The notes: generated from the letters alone by a model not told the origin. DNA of 64,000 nt from Cryomorphaceae bacterium BACL11 MAG-121001-bin54 (GCA_905182255.1 CAJJAH010000002.1:12069-76068); one strand, 5' to 3'; counted from the stretch's first letter, positions 1-7,749 are shown. A program made the numbers and translations.

Positions 1-1
1 G

Positions 2-433
2 CCATTACTTTTTACAACTTGTAAGAAAGAAGACGAAGAGCCAACATCTATATCAATTCTAGGAAGTTGGGAAAGTATTGAATGGAAAGCCTTATATAGT
101 AGTGGATATTGGACTTCTTTCCCTAACGGACAAAAAGTAATAACATATAATAGCAGTGAAACAGAAGACTTTTGGTTAGATTTAATCTTTTTATCAGATG
201 GTGATGTTTTGGGGATTGATGAAGATGGTTTCTCAATGCCTGGATCTTGGGCTAAAAATGGAAACACTTTAATAATAGATGACAATAACTTTACTATTAC
301 TAATTTAAGTGCTTCATCTTTAACAGTGTATACAACTGAAGCAGATACAAGTACTCCCTATTGGAATCCAATGAATGATACAATATATTTTACTGAACGA
401 ACTGATACAATTAAATGGATAAGAAACAATTAA
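2..433 (+). CDS. Lipocalin-like outer-membrane lipoprotein, 5'-truncated by the window edge
   Basis: The frame of ORF 209..433 is open back to position 2: PLLFTTC-KKEDEEPTSISILGSWES... This shows a lipobox Cys, a K/D/E-rich surface-export-like motif and a lipocalin-like 'ILGSW' motif. Confidence 0.7.
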   Translation, partial: PLLFTTCKKEDEEPTSISILGSWESIEWKALYSSGYWTSFPNGQKVITYNSSETEDFWLDLIFLSDGDVLGIDEDGFSMPGSWAKNGNTLIIDDNNFTITNLSASSLTVYTTEADTSTPYWNPMNDTIYFTERTDTIKWIRNN

Positions 434-475
434 AACAATAGATTAACAATAAACTAAGATTATGAAAAAACTACT
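431..475 (+). repeat. Shared stop-spacer-start module, copy 1
   Basis: taaaacaatagattaacaat (431-450) matches 4852-4871 at 19/20 nt. It is followed by atgaaaaaactact, as at 818 and 4870. Confidence 0.65.
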
Positions 476-752
476 TTACTTAACAATTTTGATATTTAGC
501 CTAACTTCTTGTGTTGATGAAGAAGAGAAGTGCATAGATCAAATAAAATCTTGTATTATTAACAAAGGAGGTGAACTTTGTATTTCTATAGCCATTAATG
601 AATATTGTGGTACAAATTTTGATCCTCATTTTAATGAATGGTGGTATGAAATGCAAGATTGGGCAAAAGAATCTGATTTAAATAAGAAAAAACTAATTAA
701 GCTTGCAAATAAAATAGAGAAAGAAGCAGAAAAACAGTTAGCAAGGAGTTAG
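462..752 (+). CDS. Hypothetical lipoprotein
   Basis: MKKLLYLTILIFSLTSC lipobox followed by acidic VDEEE; no recognisable domain. Confidence 0.7.
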   Translation: MKKLLYLTILIFSLTSCVDEEEKCIDQIKSCIINKGGELCISIAINEYCGTNFDPHFNEWWYEMQDWAKESDLNKKKLIKLANKIEKEAEKQLARS

Positions 753-817
753 ATGAAATTGCTCGCATTTGGATAAAAAAAGAGATTTGTAGAGTTAAAA
801 AATAGATTAATAAACAA

Positions 818-1582
818 ATGAAAAAACTACTAATTATATTACTTTACTTACCTATGATTGGGTTTGGGCAAAACGTAAACATACCTGACGCTAACTTTAA
901 AGCATATTTAGTTGGAGAGCCTTCTATTAATACTAATGGAGATTCTGAGATACAAGTAAGCGAGGCTGCTGCTTTTAATGACACTATTGATTGCGATAAT
1001 AAAAATATTTCTGATTTAACAGGAATTGAATCCTTTACTTTACTTAATGCTCTTAGTTGCAATAATAACAACCTCACTAATCTAGACTTATCTAATAATA
1101 TAGAATTAATTCTTATATATTGCGCGTACAATCAAATTAGCTCTATTAATGTAAGTAATAATGAAGATTTAATTATGTTAGGTGCTGAAAATAATTTACT
1201 TAGCTCCATTGATGTCAGTAATAATACCAATCTAGTCAATTTGATATGTTATTCTAATCAATTACTAAGTGCCGATGTGAGGAATGGAAACAATCAGAAT
1301 GCAGAATGGTATATGTTTAGCGATAATCCAAATTTAGAATGTATTAATGTAGATAATCCAACTTACTCTACTAATAATTGGTTAGTTGCTTTTGGAATGA
1401 TTGATTCATCAATGTATTTTAGTAGTAACTGTAATAACTCAACATTAATTCAAGAACAAACTAAAAACAAAAAACTACTTAAAATTACAGACCTATTAGG
1501 AAGAGAAACAAAACAAATCAACCAACCACTCTTTTACATCTACAATGATAGAACAGTAGAGAAAAGAATAGTTGTAGAATAA
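818..1582 (+). CDS. Secreted leucine-rich-repeat protein with a short T9SS type-A-like C-terminal sorting domain
   Basis: Signal peptide ending FGQ; IPDANFK...N.NGD.EIQVSEA N-cap; LRRs of the LxxLxCxxNxLxxLDLSNN type; tail KLLKITDLLGRET...YNDRTVEKRIVVE. Confidence 0.85.
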   Translation: MKKLLIILLYLPMIGFGQNVNIPDANFKAYLVGEPSINTNGDSEIQVSEAAAFNDTIDCDNKNISDLTGIESFTLLNALSCNNNNLTNLDLSNNIELILIYCAYNQISSINVSNNEDLIMLGAENNLLSSIDVSNNTNLVNLICYSNQLLSADVRNGNNQNAEWYMFSDNPNLECINVDNPTYSTNNWLVAFGMIDSSMYFSSNCNNSTLIQEQTKNKKLLKITDLLGRETKQINQPLFYIYNDRTVEKRIVVE

Positions 1583-1583
1583 A
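1538..1583 (+). repeat. Direct repeat, left copy (3' end of the sorting-signal coding sequence)
   Basis: 42/46 nt identical to 4810-4855, with an exact 29-nt core atgatagaacagtagagaaaagaatagtt (1545-1573 = 4817-4845). Confidence 0.9.
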
Positions 1584-1784
1584 TAATTAAATTTACTTAC
1601 TTTAAAACAATTAGCTAACTTAAATCCCTGTAAATTTTATAAATATATTTAAAGATTTAGAGAGTTATAAAATTGATCTTAAGTGTGAGTGTTTAAGTGT
1701 ATTGCTTGAAGTAGAAGTTGAGGTGTTGTTTACGATATTTAGTTTTTGAACTCTATAAATCAGGCCTATTATCATTAAGTTTAA

Positions 1785-1792
1785 TATATTTG
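1785..1792 (+). promoter_or_regulatory. Bacteroidota housekeeping-sigma -7 element upstream of the SPFH operon
   Basis: TATATTTG matches the TAnnTTTG consensus, about 165 nt upstream of ATG 1957. Confidence 0.55.
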
Positions 1793-1956
1793 CAAAGCAG
1801 GCTATAAATAACTTTATACTCTTGTTAAAAGATGTCCTAATAGGTGCACCTTTAAGAATGTAAAATATAAGTTACTGATAACAAGCAATATACTGGATAG
1901 GTTCATTTCCTGATTCGTATGCTAAAAAATTTAAGTTTTAAAAAACAACTATTATT

Positions 1957-2694
1957 ATGTATAATGAAAAATTTGAAAAATTAATTGAATTAGCCTTAGT
2001 TGATGGTGAAGTTACTGATAAAGAGAAAAATATTCTTTTAAGAAAAGCTGAAGAGAATGGAATTGACCTTGATGAATTTGAAATGGTGCTTGATGCAAAA
2101 TTGTATGAAAAACAGCAAAGTATTAAACAAACAAAACCAGAAGATTCTAATACTGTAAAAACTGATAAATTTGGTGATGTAAAGAAATGTCCTGCATGTG
2201 GTTCAATGATTCAATCTTTTCAAATTAAATGTATTGATTGTGATCATGAATTTTCAAATATTGAGGCAAATACTTCTATTCAAAAGCTTTCTAAATTATT
2301 ATACGAAGCAGAGAGCCAGAGAGATGATAAAGTTACAGCAAGTAGTGTAATTGGTGGGTTATTTAAAAACTCTCTTGGGGGTGGTGCACTATCCAATGCT
2401 TTAGGTGGAGAATCCAAGACTGATAAAAGGAAAAAAGAAATTATTTCTACATTTTCTGTTCCTAACACAAAAGCTGATATTCTAGATTTTTTATCTTTAG
2501 CTTTTCCAAAATCAAAAAGTAAAGGAAATTTTTTTACAAAAAATAATCCAGAATATATAGAACATAATGAGTTTGTATCAGTATGGAAAACAAAGTCTGA
2601 ACAAATAATTATGAAAGCAAGATTTTCAATGAAAGATGATAAAAAAACGCTGGATGAAATTAACTATTATGCTAATCAATTAAAAATATCATAA
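1957..2694 (+). CDS. Protein with a TerB-like N-terminal helical domain and a zinc ribbon
   Basis: LIELALVDGEVTDKEKNILLRKAEENGI is a TerB-like DG..T..E motif; CPACG...CIDC forms a Zn ribbon; the C-terminal domain is helical; no signal peptide. Confidence 0.7.
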   Translation: MYNEKFEKLIELALVDGEVTDKEKNILLRKAEENGIDLDEFEMVLDAKLYEKQQSIKQTKPEDSNTVKTDKFGDVKKCPACGSMIQSFQIKCIDCDHEFSNIEANTSIQKLSKLLYEAESQRDDKVTASSVIGGLFKNSLGGGALSNALGGESKTDKRKKEIISTFSVPNTKADILDFLSLAFPKSKSKGNFFTKNNPEYIEHNEFVSVWKTKSEQIIMKARFSMKDDKKTLDEINYYANQLKIS

Positions 2695-2696
2695 AT

Positions 2697-4052
2697 ATGG
2701 GGTTATTTGGAAAAAAATCAGAAGGTGGATTAATGGATGTTATACGTTGTGATGAACAAGAATATCTTGTTTGGAAATGGCGACCATCTGGAGAAGCAGA
2801 TTTTACAAAAAAGGAAAATGCGATTCGTTATGGTAGTAATCTAAGGATCAAAGATGGAGAGCTTGCTGTTTTTGTATATAAGAAGGATGAAGGTGAAAAT
2901 CAAGATTTTATTATTGGACCTCATGATCAATCATTAAAAACTGCAAACTTCCCTGTTTTAGCAAGTATTGTTGGACTTGCTTTTGGTGGAAAATCCCCTT
3001 TTCAAGCAGAAATATATTTTATAAATCTTTCAGGTAATATTCAAATAAGATTCGGTATTCCGTATTTTGATGTTTTTGATCCTCGATTTATGGACTTTGC
3101 TGTACCTATGGCTGCTAGAGGAACTCTTACATTTAATATTACAGATTATAAAGGTTTTATTAAATTAAATCGCTTAATAAATTTTGAATTGGATAACTTT
3201 AAAAAGCAAATTAAGGATGCTTTAACGAAATATATTAAAGGTGTTGTTACAAATATACCTTCAGATAATGGTATGCCTGTTTTACAGATGGAAAGAAAGA
3301 TGCTAGAAGTTAATGATTTGGTTTCTAAATATTTAGGTCCTCGTTTAGAAGCAGATTTTGGTATTAATATGAAGGCATTAGATATTTCACATTTAGAATG
3401 TGATAAGGATGCAAAGGGATATGCTGAATTAAGAAAAGTTACTTCAGAACAAGTTACTAAAACTATTGCTGGACAGACAGACATTAATATTAAAAATCTT
3501 AAGGATACTCAAGAAATTAATGCAAAAAATATGAATGAAACTTTACGAATTCAAAGAGAAGAAGCACAAAGAGCTCAGAAACTACAGACTGAATCTCAAA
3601 ATATTTCTGTTCATCAGTTGAATCAACAGACAGAAGTAGCAAAAACTGCAGCTGAAAGTATGGGTAAAATGGGTTCTGGTGGCGGAGATGGTTCTGGTGG
3701 AGGTGGCGGTGGCGGAATGATGGATCCTGGATCAATGATGGCAAGTATGGCTATGGGTGGAGCAGTTGGCTCTGGAATGGCTGGTGCTGTTGGTGGGATG
3801 ATGCAAGGCATGAATCAAGATAAACAAACTCCTCCTCCTCCTCCTCAAGTTCAGTATAATATTTCTGTTGGTGGACAAAAGAGTGGCCCTTTTGGTTGGG
3901 ATATATTAAAGGAAATGGTACAAAGCAGTCAAATCACAAAAGACACATATGTTTGGAAACAAGGAATGGAAAAATGGGAGTTTGCAAAAGATGTTGAGGA
4001 ATTATCTTCACTATTTGGATCAATAGCACCTCCACCACCACCATTACCTTAA
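2697..4052 (+). CDS. SPFH (Band-7, YdjI-like) protein with coiled coil, Gly/Met-rich linker, poly-Pro and C-terminal GYF_2 (DUF4339) domain
   Basis: MGLF...DVIRCDE..LVWKW; G.HDQSLKTANFPVL..IVG..FGGKSPFQAEIYFIN (YdjI-type SPFH); C-terminal Y.I...GQKSGPF...TYVWKQGMEKW flanked by PPPPP runs. Confidence 0.85.
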   Translation: MGLFGKKSEGGLMDVIRCDEQEYLVWKWRPSGEADFTKKENAIRYGSNLRIKDGELAVFVYKKDEGENQDFIIGPHDQSLKTANFPVLASIVGLAFGGKSPFQAEIYFINLSGNIQIRFGIPYFDVFDPRFMDFAVPMAARGTLTFNITDYKGFIKLNRLINFELDNFKKQIKDALTKYIKGVVTNIPSDNGMPVLQMERKMLEVNDLVSKYLGPRLEADFGINMKALDISHLECDKDAKGYAELRKVTSEQVTKTIAGQTDINIKNLKDTQEINAKNMNETLRIQREEAQRAQKLQTESQNISVHQLNQQTEVAKTAAESMGKMGSGGGDGSGGGGGGGMMDPGSMMASMAMGGAVGSGMAGAVGGMMQGMNQDKQTPPPPPQVQYNISVGGQKSGPFGWDILKEMVQSSQITKDTYVWKQGMEKWEFAKDVEELSSLFGSIAPPPPPLP

Positions 4053-4075
4053 ATATTAACTAAAATAAATATATT

Positions 4076-4432
4076 ATGAATGATAGTAATTTTTTTTCAA
4101 TGGATAGGTTAGTCGAATTTGGTATGGGTTTAACTGTTGCTCAGCAAATGATTAAAACAATGAATGAATCTATGACAACTATGCATATACCTGGTGCAAT
4201 GAATTCTATGGATAAGCCTCAGCAAATTTTTTTTTATGTAATAATTGAAGATAAGCAAGCAGGTCCTTTTTCTGAAAATGAATTAGCTAGATTAATTTCA
4301 GAAAAAAAAGTTGTTAAAGAAACTTATGTTTGGTTGCCTAGTTTACCAAGTTGGAAAATGGCAGAACAGATTCCTGAAGTTTTAAAATTAGTTGCTCTAG
4401 CTCCACCTCCTTTTAATTTAAATAAATTATGA
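4076..4432 (+). CDS. Small GYF_2 (DUF4339) domain protein
   Basis: FFYVIIEDKQAGPFS..EL......TYVWLPSLPSW motif; Met-rich N-terminal helix; APPPF tail. Confidence 0.8.
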   Translation: MNDSNFFSMDRLVEFGMGLTVAQQMIKTMNESMTTMHIPGAMNSMDKPQQIFFYVIIEDKQAGPFSENELARLISEKKVVKETYVWLPSLPSWKMAEQIPEVLKLVALAPPPFNLNKL

Positions 4433-4773
4433 AATTAAATTTTGTAAATCTTTTTATAGCTCTTTTAATATCTACCTTATTGTCTTGCGGTTTGTTTAGC
4501 TTTAATAAATCAGAAAATGATATGTTATTAACTTTAGGAGGTTTTCTGTGCTTTCTATTAACATTAGTTATTTCAATGGGAGTTGATTTTCAAAGGCTAA
4601 GAACTACAACAAATATTCGTGTTGTTTCTATTTTTTTCTTTTTAATTACCTTAGTAAGTAATTTAATTTTTGCAAATTTTATTTTTAATGTTCCTCTTTA
4701 TATTATTATAAATGGAGTACTTATACTTATTTATATTTTTATTGCAAAATCTATTTACACCTCAAAACAATAA
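4429..4773 (+). CDS. Four-TM membrane protein, translationally coupled to the GYF_2 gene
   Basis: Four hydrophobic stretches in 114 aa; ATGA start/stop overlap at 4429-4432. Confidence 0.75.
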   Translation: MKLNFVNLFIALLISTLLSCGLFSFNKSENDMLLTLGGFLCFLLTLVISMGVDFQRLRTTTNIRVVSIFFFLITLVSNLIFANFIFNVPLYIIINGVLILIYIFIAKSIYTSKQ

Positions 4774-4854
4774 ATAATAAAAACAAAACCCAATATTCCA
4801 TTCATTGAAATCTATGATGATAGAACAGTAGAGAAAAGAATAGTTATTGAATAA
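4774..4854 (+). pseudogene. Orphan C-terminal sorting-signal remnant (no start codon); contains the right direct-repeat copy 4810-4855
   Basis: Reads IIKTKPNIPFIEIYDDRTVEKRIVIE* directly after stop 4773; homologous to the C-terminus of 818..1582. Confidence 0.8.
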
Positions 4855-4869
4855 AACAAAAGATTAACA

Positions 4870-4932
4870 ATGAAAAAACTACTAATTATATTACTTTGTT
4901 TAACTATGATTGGGCTTGAGTTAGAATATTAA
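4870..4932 (+). pseudogene. Orphan signal-peptide remnant, MKKLLIILLCLTMIGLELEY*
   Basis: The first 45 nt are 42/45 identical to the start of 818..1582; the frame stops after 20 codons. Confidence 0.8.
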
Positions 4933-4936
4933 GATT

Positions 4937-5659
4937 ATGTATAAAAAAATAATCTCTTTTATTTTAGTAATAATTTTTATTTATCTGTTATTTTATTTTA
5001 TTCCAATTTATAAAGGCAATTCTAAAGCGATTTTTAATAATTATCAAAAATTATGGGCTCATAGAGTATTGGATGTTAATGATGCTAATAATAAGTTTGT
5101 AAATTTTAAAGGAATAGAGATTGATGTTTTTTTTGAAATAGAAAAAAATGTTTTTGATGTAAGACATCATGGTAAATATAGAGGCAATACTCTATTAAAT
5201 TTTCTAAGGAATATAAATGATAAAGAATTATTTATTTGGATTGATTTAAAAAATCTAAACAATAAAAATGTTCTAGCTATACGTGATAGATTAAGTGTAA
5301 TAATTGATAGTGGTGTAAATAAAGAACATCTATTAATTGAATCTAAGAATATAGAATTGTTAGAGGTATTACAAAATGAAGGGTTTTATGTAAGTTATTG
5401 GTTACCAAATTTTAATCTTATCAAGAGTACCTATGAAGTTTTTCAAGTGAAAAATGATTTAATAAAATATAAACCAAATGCGATATCATGTTCTTATCAT
5501 AATGTTGATTTTTACTCTAGGAAATTCCCAAAATATAATTTACATTGTTGGACAAACGGCCTAGAAGAAGGAAGAGATAACTTGAAAGTTTTTAAAATTA
5601 GCTTAAGGGATAATGTTAAGGTTATCTTAGTAGATTTTGAAAATAATTTTATACAATAA
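4937..5659 (+). CDS. Membrane-anchored GDPD/PLC-like phosphodiesterase-fold protein
   Basis: N-terminal TM helix; KLWAHRV, GIEIDV and FDVRHH motifs typical of PLC-like phosphodiesterase TIM barrels. Confidence 0.55.
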   Translation: MYKKIISFILVIIFIYLLFYFIPIYKGNSKAIFNNYQKLWAHRVLDVNDANNKFVNFKGIEIDVFFEIEKNVFDVRHHGKYRGNTLLNFLRNINDKELFIWIDLKNLNNKNVLAIRDRLSVIIDSGVNKEHLLIESKNIELLEVLQNEGFYVSYWLPNFNLIKSTYEVFQVKNDLIKYKPNAISCSYHNVDFYSRKFPKYNLHCWTNGLEEGRDNLKVFKISLRDNVKVILVDFENNFIQ

Positions 5660-5694
5660 ATTATTTAGTCATTATAAAATCTTAGCATAAATTT

Positions 5695-6261
5695 TTACTG
5701 CTTTCTAAACGAATTAGCCAATATTAAAATAATTATAGACTGTAATACTACTAAAAAGTAATGTAAGATATTAATTTGAATCTTGGCATCATTAATGTTA
5801 AAACCATATTCAAGTGCTTTGTAAAATAAAAAAGAGAGGCCTAATCCTAATAAATAGCCCAATTGCTTATTTATGTCAATTCTTCCTATAAATACTTTAT
5901 CTTTTGCAACTAGAGTTTCTGCTCTAACCAAATACCCTCCAAAAATAAAAGTTAACTGATAGCCCATGTATACTAATAGAGCTGAAGTAAACGTGTATTG
6001 TAAAATCATAAATAGTATTAAAGTAAACAGCATTATTATTTCAACTCCCAATGAGATTTGAAAAAATTTTCTGATATTTAACAATCTGTCATAAAATTTA
6101 GCAATAACTAACATTGCTGCAGCTAGAACAATGCCACCTAAGGAATATATTGAAGGGTCTGAAAGTGGTTGGTAAATAGTAAATAATATACCAATTGATA
6201 AACCTGTAAAAGATGAATTTAGTAATTTATACCAAAGAAAATATTTCTCATTTAACTTCAA
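5695..6261 (-). CDS. Hypothetical integral membrane protein (about 6 TM, half-MFS-like)
   Basis: 188 aa, mostly hydrophobic helices; lies 12 nt downstream of gap on the same strand. Confidence 0.6.
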   Translation of the reverse strand: MKLNEKYFLWYKLLNSSFTGLSIGILFTIYQPLSDPSIYSLGGIVLAAAMLVIAKFYDRLLNIRKFFQISLGVEIIMLFTLILFMILQYTFTSALLVYMGYQLTFIFGGYLVRAETLVAKDKVFIGRIDINKQLGYLLGLGLSFLFYKALEYGFNINDAKIQINILHYFLVVLQSIIILILANSFRKQ

Positions 6262-6273
6262 CTTTAGTGCCTA

Positions 6274-7713
6274 TTAATAGTAGGTTAACCTTCTTACTTT
6301 AGCAATTTGTTTTGCCAGACGTATAACTTGCTTAGTGTAGCCAAACTCATTATCATACCAAATATAAAGTACAATATCTTCACCATCTTCAGTGACAATA
6401 GTCGCTTTACTATCATAAACAGAGCAACAATTATTTCCAATTATATCAGTAGATACTAATTCAGGATCAATTTGATAGTTAATTTGATTTACTAAATTTC
6501 CATTTAGAGCTGCCTCTCTCATTGTTTCATTAATGTCAATTAATGATGTAGGCTTATTTAGGTTAAGTTTTAAAATTGCTAGTGAAACATTTGGTGTAGG
6601 AACGCGAACGGCATTTGCTGAAAGTTTTCCAGCTAAAGAAGGTATTACTTTAGTAACGGCATTACCTGCTCCTGTAGAAGTGATTACCATGTTAATTGCT
6701 GCTGACCTTCCTCTTCTCGGTTTTTTGTGCATATTGTCTAACAAATTTTGATCATTTGTATAAGAATGAACAGTTTCTAAATGTCCTTTGTTTACGCCAT
6801 ATTTGTTTTCTACAACATGCAAAATAGGAGCAATGCAGTTTGTCGTACAAGAAGCTGCTGAAAAAATATCTATTTTATCAACATCAATATCTTTAGAGTT
6901 AATTCCGTAAACTATATTTGGAATTCCTTTTCCAGGAGCTGTTAATAATACTTTACTAACTCCTTTTGATTGTAAGTGTCTTGATAGAGCCTCTTTGTCA
7001 GTAAAAGCTCCAGTATTGTCAATTAATAATGCATTTTCAATTTCATACTTAGTATAGTCAATATCTTCAGGATTACCTCCATCAATAAATTTTATAACTT
7101 GTCCGTTGACAATTATAGCTTGGTTAACTAAATCAACATCAACAACACCTTTAAAAGCTCCATGAACAGAGTCGTTTCTTAATAAATCAGCTCTTTTAAT
7201 AATTTGAGCATCAGATAGTTTTCTTACAACTATAGCTTTTAGCCTTAATTGCTGACCTTTTCCTGCTTGTTTTATAAGCTCTCTAGCAGCTAATCTTCCA
7301 ATTCTGCCGAATCCATAAAGTATAACATCTTTTGGTTTAACATTATGCTTGTCTGGGCCAATAAAGTTAGCAAGTTTTATAGATAGGAAAGAATTCATAT
7401 CTGTGCCTCCTTGCTCAAAATATTCAGCACTCAGCAATCCAATGTCTATTTTTGAAGGAGCCAAGTTAAGTTTTAACATTTCTTCAGCTAATGCAGCGGC
7501 TATTTCAATATTTACTGTTCTGTTTACTACGTTGTTAGAATAAGAAATAGAATTCATTAATTCCGAAACCCCAATTTCTAATAGTTGATTTCTAAAAAGA
7601 ATTAATTCAATTCCTTTATCATACATTAATGTTCCTACAGAGTTTAACAAATTTACTCCTAATTTTTCTTTATTTACCCAATTATTCAATTGTGTTTCAT
7701 AAGATTCTGACAT
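6274..7713 (-). CDS. gap: Glyceraldehyde-3-phosphate dehydrogenase, long form with N-terminal extension
   Basis: YGFGRIGR dinucleotide-binding motif, catalytic ASCTTNC, WYDNEFGY. Confidence 0.97.
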   Translation of the reverse strand: MSESYETQLNNWVNKEKLGVNLLNSVGTLMYDKGIELILFRNQLLEIGVSELMNSISYSNNVVNRTVNIEIAAALAEEMLKLNLAPSKIDIGLLSAEYFEQGGTDMNSFLSIKLANFIGPDKHNVKPKDVILYGFGRIGRLAARELIKQAGKGQQLRLKAIVVRKLSDAQIIKRADLLRNDSVHGAFKGVVDVDLVNQAIIVNGQVIKFIDGGNPEDIDYTKYEIENALLIDNTGAFTDKEALSRHLQSKGVSKVLLTAPGKGIPNIVYGINSKDIDVDKIDIFSAASCTTNCIAPILHVVENKYGVNKGHLETVHSYTNDQNLLDNMHKKPRRGRSAAINMVITSTGAGNAVTKVIPSLAGKLSANAVRVPTPNVSLAILKLNLNKPTSLIDINETMREAALNGNLVNQINYQIDPELVSTDIIGNNCCSVYDSKATIVTEDGEDIVLYIWYDNEFGYTKQVIRLAKQIAKVRRLTYY

Positions 7714-7741
7714 ACGATTTATTTTAGTTATAAAAGAGTTG

Positions 7742-7749
7742 CAAAAGTA
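7742..7749 (-). promoter_or_regulatory. -7 promoter element for gap
   Basis: TACTTTTG on the minus strand, 28 nt upstream of the start codon. Confidence 0.6.

Noticed and set aside
3670-3846. GC-rich (GGN)n stretch and (CCT)n microsatellite
   Set aside because: They encode the Gly-rich linker and poly-Pro of the SPFH protein in frame, so they are not an independent repeat or RNA gene.
431-4939. CRISPR array or classical integron attC sites
   Set aside because: The repeats are not regularly spaced, are separated by whole genes and lack the attC GTTRRRY/RYYYAAC palindromic structure. No cas or intI gene is in the window.
6274-7713. N-terminally extended GAPDH as a novelty
   Set aside because: The ~480-aa GAPDH form is a known, widespread type.
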